In this document: positions 47,601-61,128 of the stretch, piece by piece | Layout: every line of letters begins with the position of its first letter | Position numbering within the stretch: position 1 is the stretch's first letter | NCBI GenBank assembly: GCA_964057225.1 | Contig: OZ059897.1 | Span: forward strand, 8,556,001-8,620,000 | Length of the DNA stretch: 64,000 nucleotides | Reading direction: 5' to 3' | Source of the DNA: Auanema rhodensis | Taxonomy: Eukaryota > Animalia > Nematoda | Program-made: the position numbers and the translations under genes | Notes under the pieces: generated by a model | Seen by the model: the letters and a program-made list of their open reading frames with translations, nothing else | Database searches by the model: none | What the model was told of the DNA's origin: nothing

Positions 47601-50600
47601 GAGATTCCAAAAAACAATATTTCAATAATTTAATTTAAGAAAAAGAAAGAAAAAACAGATGATACTTCGGCCGAAGAACCAGTAGACAAAAAGTAAGAAA
47701 AGCATATGAACTATAATTAGCATACGTAACGCGCTACAACAATTGATTTCATTTTTTGAATATTTTTTGGTGCGACATGGCTGTGTTTCCATAAGCTTCT
47801 TCCTTCTTTAATTTTTAACTTTTTATGTATTTAGTTGTGTTGATTCCCATGATCTCTGCAAATTCTGGTCTTCAATCGGTGAATGTGATTCGAATAAAGA
47901 ATGGATGGAAGATAACTGTCCCGTTTCCTGCGATAAATGCAATGGTATAGAAGATTATCGGTTGAGGATTTAATTTTTGTTAATGTTTTAAGGAACGATG
48001 ACTTGTATTGATCGCCACAGATTGTGTAGCTTCTGGGCTACCATTAAAGAATGTCAAACAAATGCCGTCTGGATGTTTTCAAACTGTGCCAAATCTTGCA
48101 AAGCCTGCAGAGGTAAAGTTGTCTAGACCGATTTGTTTTCTGGGTCGTTTATAAAGCCAAATAGTGAAAAATTGGAAAATAGTATAAAACCTCGTATACA
48201 CTATTGCCTTATATGGATGGTTATCATAAGCTATGTCAAATATGGGTTATATTAGTTTCTTCTTTTTCGACCTTTCTCGAAAACATCGAAACTAGCAGAT
48301 CAAAGGTGAGAAAAACTGGATAAAACTATTAATCTACTCGAGAGGAATGTATTTTCTCGTGCAAGCTGTCCGCTAAGTTCACCGTGTACGAACCCCAATT
48401 AGCTGATAGACTTAGGCAATCTGTCAGTAAACGGGTTGATTCTTTTGATATGTCAAATGAATTATAGCAGTCTAATGAATGAATACATCATAACAAAAAC
48501 AAGCGTATGGGGGAAGTGGCCGTTTTAAACAGCTTTTACTTGATCGGCTTGTTTGAAGCTGGAAATTGTTATCTTTCTAACTTTCTAACAAACGGCTAGC
48601 AATGAAGAAACCTTTAACACATTTTATAATTTAGGACGAACTATTAGCGGAGTTAGTGGATCACGTGCTGATGGAGGATTTCTTGAGGGAGATTGTACAT
48701 TTGTCACTACTCACGAAGGTGAAGAATTAACCTGGTTTCATTTATTGAACTGAATTCTTAGATACCTCAATCAGAAAAACTCTTTCTATCAATGATGTCC
48801 GTAACAGTAATGCCAACTTCCACTGTGCTCCAACTCAACAAGCTCCTAACTGCAATCGTAACTTATGTTATCACTTGAAGTAATATATTCAGCAATATCA
48901 GCCTTCTATTGCTTATATATTTCAGGTTCCGGTCATTTGATGGATCCTGTAACAATCTCGATAACCCCCTCCGAGGTTCTGCATTCAGTTCTCTTATGAG
49001 ATTGAAACAGCCTATCTATGATAATGGATTAAATGCTCCAACATGTACGTTTTAACTTGTTCTTTCCTATGTATGTTATTCTTTAAGCCTCATTTACTCG
49101 CACTCGCCCATCAGCTCGAGATGCTTCCCGTCTGCTTCTTGCCTCATCATCTCAGGTAAACTTTCTCTTTATATATCTTGCTAAAGATCTTGTTCTAGAT
49201 TCCACATCACTCCAATGCACTTCTTATGCAATGGGGTCAATTTATTGCCCATGATCTTTCCAAGACCACAATGTTGAATAACCAGGAATGTGCTGCTTGT
49301 ACTTCCAACGGCGGAAAATGCTTCTCCGTTTTCCTTTCCCGTGCTGATCCAACGTTTGAAACAAAATATTCTACTTATTAACAGAGCTGTCTTTATAGTT
49401 TTGGAAGATTCATGTGTCTCCCTGTTGCTCGATCTACTCCTGTCTGCGGAACTGGAACTAGCTCTCCACGTGAACAGTTCAATGAAAACACTGCATTCAT
49501 TGATGGATCCATGGTATCTTTTAGAAATCAATTGGCTCTTATTTGTTTTTTACTTCAGATCTATGGATCAAGTGATCGTGATCAATTCCTTTTCCGTCAA
49601 GGAGCTTTCCTTAAGACCAAGATGGTAAAAACCCGTGTTTTCCCACCAATTGGTATCTAATCAAGCTATGTTATGTTAGAAATATTCCGCTTTTCAGATA
49701 CCAACATGAATGTTGTTGCTGGAGACGACAGAGCTAACATTTTCGTTGGTTTAGCTGCTCTTCATACATTATTCTTAAGAGAACACAACAGGTATATCAT
49801 TCAAACAACGTCAAGCATACCATATATGTTAAAGAATTGCCTCTACTCTCCAACGTGTAAACCCTCATTGGGATCAAGAGCGCATCTTCCACGAAACCAG
49901 AAAATTACTTGGAGCAATTATTCAAAGAATTACCTACCACGTTAGTAATCTAATCATAACTGTGACTGTGATGGTTTTGCAGGAATATCTTCCAAGAGTT
50001 CTCGGAGAGGACTTTGAGCGTAGAATCGGAAAATATAGAGGATATGATAGCGAAATCGATCCATCTGTTGCTAATGAGTTCACTTCTTGTGCTTTCCGTT
50101 TCGGTCATGGAATGATCCAGGTTAGTCATGTCTGTATCAAATAAATCTTAAATAATTTTTCAAGGAATTCTACCCATTCTTGAACGAAAACTTCCAACAT
50201 ATTGGAGGAATTCCATTCAACGATGGTATGTTCAAGAGTCTTCACATCATTAACAATGGAATCGATCCCCTTATTCGTGGCCTCCTCACTTTACCAGCTA
50301 AGATGCCTCAAAGGTTATTTTTTCTTTATTTATTTCTTGATATTTTGTTTGTTTCTCAGATTAACACCTGCTGTAACTGAAAGAATTTTCGGAAATTCTG
50401 ATCTTGGATCTATCAATATTCAAAGAGGAAGGCATGTTTTTTCAAATTACATTTGTTAATATTCCTATTATTGCTTCTAGAGATCACGGAGTCCCTGGAT
50501 TCACTGCATGGAGAAAATTCTGTGGTCTTTCTGAAATTAAAGACTTCTCTGATCTCAATGCCACTATTTCAAATCCTGTTGTTATTGATAACTTGAAAGT

Positions 50601-51146
50601 TATTTACAAGCATGTCGGTAAGATTTACCTGAATTTCAAATGACTCTAACTCAAATATATATTTTTTCCCAGATGCTATTGATATGTATGTTGGAGCTTT
50701 ATTGGAAGATCCAGTGTCCGACTCTTTAGTTGGACCCACCATTGCCTGCATTATCGGAGAGCAATTCAAGCGTACCCGAGACGGAGACAGGTATCATACT
50801 TATAATTCTTTCAAGATATTCTTACTTTTAATCAAATCTCAATTTTAAAGATATTTTAATTGTTTATTATACTTGTCTTTAAGATTCTTCTACGAAAACA
50901 GCAAGGTTTTCACCCCAAGTCAACTCCGTCAAATCAAGAAGATGACTATTGCTCGCGTCTTATGTGATGCTGGTGAGCACTTTGCTTTCGTACCCAAGAA
51001 TGCTTTCAATGTTTTCAATCCAAAGAAGGATGAGCTCATGAGGTGAGATACTATAACAGCAAACATTATATGAATTTCCTTTTTTCAGATGTGACGAAGT
51101 TCAAGATATCGATTACAACGAGTGGAAAGAAGATTTAGCTGTTTAA
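44665..51146 (+). CDS. Secreted ShKT-domain animal heme peroxidase (SKPO/MLT-7 family, most like skpo-type)
   Basis: Signal peptide [20 protein letters not shown] split by intron 44705-47333; two ShKT domains ([24 protein letters not shown]); [65 protein letters not shown]. Confidence 0.92.
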
Positions 51147-51813
51147 CTTTCTTAGATGGAGAAAAGCTCACTGTTTTAATAATTTTGTAGTCGTTTTTCA
51201 TAGATTTCTTTCAATTCTCTGTTCTCGTCTCGACTCTTTCTCTTCTGCTCTCAATTTCAGTCCAAAGAAGCTCAAACTTTGCTTCATATGCTCATTCTAG
51301 TCACACGTCTGAAACAGATGCATTATAATATTTTTTAAATTAGAAATGCTTAGAATTACATGTGAAATGACTTTGTATTTCACACTTGTCTGTATAATTT
51401 GGCTTCTTTGAATGAATTCTCTTAATCTCATCTATGTATCTTAGTGAGTTCGAGATCATGGCTCTACTGATACAGGTTATCATATTGTAAATCATAGTAT
51501 AAATAAATTTTTAAATTCTGAAGCTTTCTTTGTTTGGAAAACTCGATCATTGGAGAATTATGTCAACACAATTCAATTTATTTGATTTCAAATATAAACC
51601 TAGAGCGGAAACATGAAAACTTAAATTCCATGCGTTCAAAAGTCCTTTAATGGCCTATGAATTTTGATCCTTTTCTTTTCAGTGAGGGAGCACAAAATTT
51701 CTATTTCAGCCCTGGGCTTGCGTTTTCAGAGGATTTTTAACTGTTATCAGCCACATCATTAAGATATAAGAAAGTAAATTTTTAATAATAAATAGTTTAT
51801 TTTATGGTTATGT

Positions 51814-52785
51814 TTACAATCTCTTTCTGTGACCCTTATCAGATCTGTTTGGACATGGACAATAGTTGGCGTCTTCTCCTTGAGTTCCGTCATTTCCTGG
51901 GGCTCCTGGCTGCCCATCTTCTCCTCCCTTTCCTGGGAACCCTGGAGCTCCTGGAGTACCAGTTGGTCCATCTTCGCCATCTTGTCCTGGTTCTCCGTTC
52001 TTTCCAGGCTCTCCCTGTGGGCCTGGCCATCCTGGGGCTCCTGAAGGTCCTTGAGCTCCTGGGGAACCAACGAGACCATCATGTCCTGGCTGTCCTGGGG
52101 TTCCATCAGTTCCTGGCAATCCTTTGTGTCCTTCTTCTCCTGGGACTCCAACAGCTCCAGCTTCACCATCATCTCCAGCTTCTCCGCACTTTCCACGGGA
52201 TCCTTCGAATCCATTTTCTCCGACTGGTCCTGGGGGTCCTGGTGGTCCTGCTGGTCCTGCTGGACATTGAATGCATCCTCCTGGGATGTCATGAGTAACA
52301 CTTAAAATATAGAATTGATGAAACGTTAAAAAAACTAAAACATACACAAGAGAGATTCCAGAGGCTCCTCTCTTTCCAGCAGATCCAGCCAATCCTTGAT
52401 CTCCACGTGGACCTGGTGGTCCTGGTGGTCCTGGGGGTCCTGGTGGGCATCCCTCAGAGTTAGAAGCACAGTTACAAAATCCTCCAGAAGATCTCTTTTC
52501 ACGTGCGAAGAGGGAGGCAAAGCTGGGTGGAGCATCAGACTTCATGCTTGGGTTGGTGTGAAGAACAAAAATGCGATTCCAAGCATCATCACTGATAGTC
52601 TACAAGAAATTCCAAGCTTAGAAAACAAACTTCTACTGAACCCATACCTTCATATCTTGGACTCCGGTGTAAATCTCGGATCGAAGAGTATCAATATCAG
52701 ACATAATAGAATGAATTCCAGCAAGGCATCCTAAAACAGCAAGGAGGGACACAGTGGACCCTATAGCTACACCATACGACGACAT
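51814..52785 (-). CDS. Nematode cuticle collagen (THDIPGGC motif recalls SQT-1-like collagens)
   Basis: Hydrophobic N-terminus, REKR site, [16 protein letters not shown], Gly-X-Y blocks, YCPCP. Confidence 0.93.
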
Positions 52786-53792
52786 CCTTCGTTTGAAAAG
52801 GAATCACTAGCGATTTCTTCATGACTTCTTTATATATGTGTATATGTACCACTTTTTTACTTCAACATCTAGATCGGTGTTTTTTTTTGTTGCAGAATTG
52901 GATCGAATTCTGACCTAATCATTAAAATTTCGAACGGAATACTGGACAAAATAGTAAAACAATGGACTTTATAAAAAAACATTCTTCTAGTTCTCTTCAT
53001 CCTATACTTTTTTTAAAATAACTAATTTGGAATTCACACTTTACCAATATATGAAAATAGTAAACCAAATTTAATAAATTACTAGATAACAGGGCTGTAT
53101 TTTCCTTATTTTCATTATAAGATATGTACTAGTAGTATATAAAAAGTTTATGCGAGAAGGTAATTTTGCCCAATCCTAATTTTTTACACTTTTTAACTAA
53201 ATTCAGGCTTTATTTTTCCAAAAATATGTTTACATCTTTTTTTCATTTACCCATTTTTCCATTTCACAATTTTTGATCTATTTGAAACAAGAAATCAAGC
53301 AATTGAACACTTTTATTTGACTGGTGCAATTGAGGACTTTATAATTTTTATGAATCAACGTCACCACACCACAAGTTCCTTGAGTTTCCTATTAACGACT
53401 ATTATTTTTCCTATTCAATTAATTTTTAAACAGAGAGGTTGTTGTTATCTGCTCCAGTGCCACATGATAGATGCTAAAGGGCTAAATAGGTCTCGCAGCG
53501 GAAAACACAGCAGAACTTCTCGATACCGTAGTCCGTAAACATACCCTTGACTGATTTTACAAGCCGAATCCTAAATTTTTAACTGTTGTTCCGTTGAATT
53601 ACTAAAATTTATTTATGTAGCGGTAGTTTGTGTATATCTATTGTAATTCCTGAGCCTGCCCAATGTTTCAACGAGTCAAATATGTAAGTATTCGATTCGT
53701 TCCTTTGTTGAGTTATTAGGACATTGTTATTCCTTGGAATTTATATGTTATTATATTTGTTTTTCTTTTTATATTTTTTTTTTGTAGGTAAT

Positions 53793-54487
53793 ATGGTCAA
53801 CGTACCTAAGGCCCGTAGAACTTTCTGCGACGGCAAGTGCCGCAAGCACACCAACCACAAGGTAACCCAATACAAGAAGGGAAAGGAATCTAACTTCGCT
53901 CAGGGTTAGTTTTTAAATTTTTTTTGTAATTTGGCCGTCAAACCGTATTGTTTCCAACTAAACTCTGTTGCTTACATAAAAAAGTTGTTCGGCAAAATTA
54001 AATTAAGCTCGGTAAAATCCCCGAATGATGCTTTAATTCACTTGGATTCATGGCTTGGCTACAATAACTGAAATTATATATTTCAGGACGTAGACGTTAC
54101 GACCGTAAACAGTCTGGTTTCGGAGGTCAGTCTAAGCCTATCTTCAGAAAGAAGGCCAAGACCACCAAGAAGATTGTATTGCGTATGGAGTGCACCGAGT
54201 GCAAGCACAAGAAGCAGCTCCCAATCAAGAGGTTTGTTTAGTTTTAATCAAATAGTTAGCAGTTGCCATTTGTTTTGGGCAAGGCAGGACGCATATTTAG
54301 CGTTACTAGTCTAATCGCAGATGGCGAAATTAAAGAGGAGATAATCCCTGCTTTGATTATCAATGTCAATTTAGTTTCATGACTCCTCAACAATTATTCT
54401 AAAACAAACTAACAACTTTTTTACAGATGCAAGCACTTCGAACTTGGAGGACAGAAGAAGGCTCGCGGTCAAGTTATTCAATTCTAA
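53793..54487 (+). CDS. rpl-36.A: 60S ribosomal protein L36a/L44 (eL42), 105 aa
   Basis: [60 protein letters not shown]; exons 53793-53904, 54087-54231, 54427-54487. Confidence 0.98.
53933..54066 (+). ncRNA. Box H/ACA snoRNA in rpl-36.A intron (first)
   Basis: Hairpin GCCG..CGGC, H box AAATTA (53995-54000), second hairpin AGCTCGGT..ATCC/GGAT..GCTTGGCT, ACA at 54061-54063. About 134 nt, in a 182-nt intron where ~45 nt is the norm. Confidence 0.75.
54263..54395 (+). ncRNA. Box H/ACA snoRNA in rpl-36.A intron (second)
   Basis: Hairpin TTGCCATTT..AGATGGCG, H box AAATTA (54327-54332), hairpin GAGGAG..CTCCTC, ACA at 54390-54392; about 133 nt. Confidence 0.8.
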
Positions 54488-54646
54488 GCAGTCTCTACCC
54501 CTAATTGTTATTGTTATGGGTGTCTGCCAAATAAATTGTTTTACATAATAATTTTCGAGTACTTTATTCGTTTTAGCGGTAACATATTTACGAAAGAGCA
54601 TACATAAAAACAGTTAACTGATTTAGTTGTACATAACAGAAATTAA

Positions 54647-56893
54647 ATGATAGTTACAATAGTATCTCAATCCGGTGGTTAGTGATTGAAGTTGAATGTA
54701 ACTCTAACGTTCTACCGTTATAGTTGAGACTCCAATTAATGTTTCCACGGAGGTATCTGTTGGTCGGGATAAGAAGAAGTGTAAGATATGTTTGCCACCA
54801 ACAGCCGAAGGTGTATCTAGACTTCATGCAACATTCTCTCTATCGAGTGAGGTTTGTAGGATGTTGAGATTGAGGATTGAATGTGAAACCTAGGGAGTAC
54901 TAACCCTCTCTGATGTTAGTTCCTTTGGAACCTTGGTAAATGGTCAAAAAGTCAATCAAGCAAAGATAGTTTTATCAAATGGAGATGAAATTATAATAGG
55001 AGGATCATCATATGTCATTCAAATGAAGAAAAATGTTTGTTCTTATGATAGTCATGATAGGCGATGGTTTGTGTTTAGCCTACGTCTCCAGGGCTTCTAG
55101 TCAAACCAGTTAATTTCTCTCAATCAACTAAAAAGACTCCAACGGTGAAATCAAGAAAAGGAGTTTTTGCCAATGAAAGTCAACGAAAGGTATATAAGAA
55201 ACTAGCAATGAAATCAGCCAATGATAATAATTAAGATGTCGGATTTTTTCCGATCATCGCAATCTGTTAAATCTACATGTGTTCTGGCTCCAGAAACTCC
55301 TTATAGGTAGATCTTTTTCTTTGGCTTTATCAGTAATATTAAATGTTGAAGTCAATTATGCAATGTTTCTCCTTCGTTGTCAAAATCTTTTGTACCAGAA
55401 ACAGTTGTAGTTTCCGATTCTATTCCTCAAATTGTTATCGACGACGGTTTGTGAACAATATTGATACGAAACCATTTACTCGTTTTTCAGATGATGATGA
55501 TTTTTGTTTCAAGCCTTCAGTTACAAAACCTAAAGTTTGTGGTATATGAATGCCATATGCTAAACGCCTTTTTTACAGGCTAAGAGCTTACTCTTCCAAA
55601 AAAATGTCTCGTCTCAGAAGTCCAACTCATCACTTTTCCCTCGAAAAACAACACACGATGTTTCGAGTTTAAAGTTCGAATCTACTCAAATTCTGGCTCA
55701 AGATACTCTCGATTTCAAACAATCATTTCCAAACAAAAAGACAAGCAGTTTTCTTAATGGGGCTGATATTGTGGATGATTCTCAGGGTCTTTTAAGCTCT
55801 AAAGAGTACATTTCCTTTTTTATAACAATAGAGTTACATTTGAATTCAGAGTGACATTGGCCCCCGATACTATATGCTTGGAAAACCAAGCTGATAGCAT
55901 GATATTCGAAACGTCGCAGAATGATTCTTTGTCTATTGCACCAAGGTATATTTGAAAGGTTTTTTGATATGTAAAGATGTTTTTTACAGGGCTTCAAAGG
56001 GCAAGAAAAGGTCTATTCTCAATCAAGTTCGTAATGTTTAATCGGAATTTAAATATGATTAACTGTTGTTCAGATTAGGAATGATACAACGAATTTTATA
56101 CCTCCAATGGATCCATCATTCTCTTTCGAGCCTCTTTCTAAACGAAGACCACTTTCCAATCTATCCGCATCTATTATGGAAGAATCCATAATGGAAGAAA
56201 CTAAGTTGTTATCAGATTCAATTACTCCAATATTTTCTATGAAAGACGATAAAGCTCTGAGCCAGAAACCAAAGGTTTCAATCTTTTTCATTATGAAAGG
56301 CATGATCATGTGATTTCAGAGAGGAAGGAAGCCTATTGTACAACCCAAAGAGGAAGACGATTACAAGGATAGCAGTTTTGCGAGCATTGCTCCCAATAGG
56401 GTAAAATGACTATTTGGTCCCATTGTGCTCATAGTTGTTTTGTTCATAGGAGTTGCTCGAAGTTGTATATAGTGGCAAAAAGTATGATGAGGAGGATTTG
56501 GAAGATGATGATGGAAAGTTCAGGCCGAATATGAAGCCACCCAATATAGATAATGTCGTGAAGAAGCTCGTATGTTTTAATTTATTTTCTGTATACTTCT
56601 TATGGATAGGACAAACTGATTCTGTTCATGGATTTGACACGATCTGAGGATTCAATGTACAATTCAAAGATTAGTAGTGCTGCAAATAGCTTTATTCCAA
56701 CTACGTACTCATCCAAAACTGATCAAACTAATTTTAAAAGATTCCGAAAGGTTAACCATCTTTATTATCTTTTTCATCCCACTTTAACATAAACTTATAG
56801 GCTAATCAAGGCAGATTCAATAATTCTAAATCAACGATCTCTACGTTAGGAGGATCCACTGATTTAGTTGATTTCCGAAAATTGCGTTCCTAG
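54647..56893 (+). CDS. nbs-1: Nibrin/NBS1 (compact nematode type)
   Basis: N-terminal FHA domain (VGRD..GVSRLHA..DVSSFGTLVNG..LSNGDEIIIG), low-complexity middle with APETP, C-terminal Mre11-binding motif NFKRFRK. Confidence 0.85.
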
Positions 56894-59490
56894 TCATTCC
56901 GCCATATGCCGCATGTTCACTTTACTTTTGCCAATCTCATATCATTACCTGTGTCCTTTTCATGACTTTATGCCAATGCATGATTATAAAACAATGTTTT
57001 TTTTAAGAAGAAAATAAATTTGTATAGATGAAGTTGCTTGGATGTTTGGGATGCTGGAAAATGGCCGAGAGTTGGAAATTGCTTTTCAACCACCATTAGA
57101 GTTGACGTCTCTTTTTCCTTCAGTCATTATTTACGTTATATTTGTTGAATTACTAGTAAAAACAATTATTTTCATGGAACCTAACTCACGTTCTACTTTT
57201 TATCTCCTATTACTTACATCACAATTATTCTCGCATGAAGACATCATTTGAGGGAAAGAAGTGGATAAAATGTTGGTGGCACCGCCCATACTTTAGACCA
57301 CCCTATTTGTCGTATGTGCTGATTTTATAAGAGAAAGTTTGTTCTTCCTTTCAAAACTTTCATTTTGTACTAAATTCAGAGTATTGATTGTTTGCCTACT
57401 TACGTGAAAGTTCACGTGGTGAATAACTGAATGAGTTTATTTAGTATGTGCAGTCTGATTGAGCGGTTGCATTCCACATTCGTCTTACTCAACTATTCTC
57501 TACTTGTCTTTTTTATTTAATTTTTTCTTTTTGACTTGTATTGTCGTCTGTCAGCACTTAACTGAATTCTGCAGCTAAGCTTCATGTTTAAGATTCAGAC
57601 TATGATTTATAGTTCGCAGTTGTTGGTCACATTATAGCATAATTTTTTGGCAACTCTTGAGCTCGTCAGGGATTTGATTTTATGATGAGAAAAAGACTAA
57701 ACAGTGATATAAGTCTAGAGAGTTGTTTCTGAATGTGGCAGTAAGCATGAGCCCCAAGGGTCGGTCTATTATGCTTTCTGCTATCCATCAAATTTTCCCC
57801 GTTCCAGCATTTCTCATGTCTTCAACTAAAATCTTCTTTCTTTGGTTTGATAGAGACTCCTTCTTTCCTCTCCTTTCTTTCGTTCTTCTTCATTTTTGTT
57901 CTCAAACACGCTCATTATATGGCCGTTTTTGGTATCCCGGCCATTTTCATTTCTCACCAGCCGATATTCTGGATTTAAACAAATGTGATTGACCATCTAT
58001 TCGTTGCCTTCGGTCGTTTCAACTATCGTTCTATAACCTAATTATTCATCTTGTTTTCGCATTTTCCGACTCATCGCATCCAGAAATTTGGAGTCAGAAT
58101 GGTCCGATCAGTTTCTAGCATTATATTGTCACCCAAGACTAACAACATAGTATATACACAACACACGCCAAAGTATTCAACTCAGGCGAGTGATACAAAG
58201 TTATATATGGCACAAATTCATTACTTCGTTCGTGTTTTACTGACTAAACGTCGTCAGACTCCAAATGTCGAAAATTCATTGCCTTTTTTTTCTCGTCCTT
58301 CTATTACTATAAATTGTCATCAAAGAGCTATATTGTGGATGCTTGATTACTAGAAGCTTTTAATTTCATCAGAATGCCACAGGGACCTTAACACAATCTA
58401 ATAGTTTTTCTGACAAAACAACTTAACTTGGTTTGAAGTTTTTATTTTTCTCTCGTGGAATTGGTACTTTCATAATTTTTTTTTAGAGCATTGAACAGAT
58501 AGTTTTAACTTATTTTAAACTCTAAGTAAGCGACTGTTTTCTTTTTCATCTTCTTTTTTGGAGCTTTGCAAAGTGAAATTATGATGAGGTTTTTTGGAAG
58601 ACAAAACAAATTCTTGCAACAGAAATCTTTTCCTCTTCCAAACTGAAGCGCTTATTTGAGTTAAAAATGCTTCTACTTTTGAGTGACTGATGTTGTCTTC
58701 CATTTTCTTGTTTCTCCTTCTTTTAATGAGATTGAAGATGTCTTTTTACTCAAGCGGTTGGCCTTATTCTAGCTCAAACACCAGAAACTTAACTATTTTT
58801 ACTCGCCATCCAGCTTGCTCCTCCTCGTTCTCTCTAACTATACCTCATTCCCTCTCCCTGTGTCTCAATATCTACCTCTCTACTTCGTCTGAACATACTT
58901 TTTAACTCGATTACTTCCGCCAAAAGGAAAAACTGAATGCCATGAAAAAGTATCTGAGACAAAGTTACTACTTTCAACCGCTCATGAATCATTGCAGTTC
59001 ATTAAATCCTGAAAGATTTGTTCATCACCAACATTTTGTCTTTCTAATCCTCTCCATATATACAAATATTTTTTTTCGTCTCTAAAAGAAATATTTTTAA
59101 TTACTCAGTGTCTGACCAGTTGATGAATATGTTTTGCTCCACTGAATATAGAAAGATCCTTTTATTTTTTTACTCAACTGGAACGAGCACGTTTTCGTTT
59201 TGTGTTATCCATTTTTTTCTGACCAAAAGATGTCAGAAAGATGGAAAAATAATTATTTTTCAAGATTTCTCGGGATATATTTGTCGTTTGCTTTGTTCCT
59301 TTATACATGTTTTCACTTTTTCTCATTTTGTCCATTTCCCTCTATATCGCTAAAGTTTGTGCCGTCGTTGTTCCACAACAGATTTTTTGTTTTTTTTTTC
59401 ATAATCAGATGTTGATTTTCTCTTTTCTCTTTACGAATTTCTTTATATTTTTTTTCGTTTTTATTAATTTTCTTAGAGATGGTATGAGTA

Positions 59491-60230
59491 ATGTCAAGTC
59501 TTCTTGTTGCATCCGACGATTCGGATGTTCCAGATTTAGATCTGCCACCAGTGCGTAGACGTCGATTTTTCAATAACAAGTATGTTTTTTGTATCTGAAA
59601 GTGCTTTGTCTTCTTTTCTTACTAACTAAGCTTTAAGAAACTCTAAGTAGATACACACAAAGAGTTATCTTCATTGTACTTCAAAGAGCAGAAGCTCTTG
59701 TGTCATCTGCCCATCTTCTTATTTCTAAACTCTCTCAGTTTTTCGTGCTCTTACTCAACCTCTTAACATTGCCAACCAACCGTTGTCTTCTAACGGCTTT
59801 GTTATCGTCCAGTTTCTGATTGAATTTCCTACGGGCACAAGACAAGCAAAATCAAATCATAACGAATTCACATTTCCTAGCTATTTCTTCATAGAATAGA
59901 AAATTTTTCGAATAAATCAAATTGATTATGAAACGTTCAAGTAGTTTGTACAATTCGCAAGAAAATGCAGTTTAGTTGTTTCCTAGAAAACATTCATTCG
60001 AGCTTCATGTCAAGATTCATCCGGAACGAAAAAAAATCGGTTGCAAGTTGCACGCTGAGAGCTGCAATACTGCACACGATTGTGCAAGTTTTAAGCTCAT
60101 ATTTACACTGATATAATGGTTTATCAACCAAATAAGTACATTCAATTTCAGTATTTGTGGTTAAAATGTATGAAAATACAATCTATATTATCTAAATTAT
60201 AATTAAAAATCTCTCTCTTTCTCTCTATCT

Positions 60231-60289
<59 letters not shown>

Positions 60290-61128
60290 CTTCCTTCTCC
60301 TTTACTCTTTAGTAATTCGGTGTCATTTGCAGATCGAGCTCATCTAATCAAATCTGCTTGAATGTTTCATGGACACATTGTCTTTTCCTCAGCTGCTTAG
60401 GGCTATCTGTCCTTGTTTTAGCTGTGACATCATACAAATTAACAAAGAAGTTTAATCAACTAAATGACAACTTATCCGGTTTGCATTTACTATGTTTATC
60501 TTATAGAAAATTATATTTTCATAGAACTGATTGTTCTGCCATCCAAGTTATCTATCATCGAGAAAGACATCTATCGACTACAAATGGAATTTGATCTAAT
60601 GAGGTTCGTCAACACTTCTTCTTGAACATCTAATGCCAATATTCTTAATTTCATTCGGGCTATTTTCCAATATTCTTCAATCCATATTTTCATTTAGATA
60701 TCTTTCTCTTAAGCTATCTCTCATGTCTATCCAACTTCTTTTGTTCTATTTATTTTAGCCAAGGAATTCTAATTCTAATCCTTATAGGGAAGCTATGAAT
60801 CTGGATTCAGCTAATGCTACTAGGAGATCATCTCAATATATTTATGATATCGTTGATACTCTTCGTGGACAAATAACTGACATGAAGATTAAAGTTGACA
60901 AGGTTTCTATACTTTTCTGTCCGCTAAAGCATGAAAACCAAACTTTTTTTGCAGAGTTGGTTGACTTCAGAAAGCGTATCTCAACGTATCTCAACGGTGG
61001 AAAAGCGCTGCCTGGCTGTGTGCCACACAGATGGCTTTATTCTAAGAGATGGAGAGAAACAACGTCGACGAGAAGCAGAAAAACAAAGAAAAGTCGTTGA
61101 TGAAATAGTTTTCAAAAGAACTCCCTAA
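59491..61128 (+). CDS. Uncharacterised single-pass membrane protein with coiled-coil-like C-terminal part, 200 aa
   Basis: Exons 59491-59579, 60333-60478, 60525-60603, 60788-60902, 60955-61128 join in frame; hydrophobic CLFLSCLGLSVLVLAVTSY follows acidic and basic N-terminal patches. Confidence 0.75.
60210..60282. repeat. (CT)n microsatellite, intronic
   Basis: Read directly. Confidence 0.95.
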
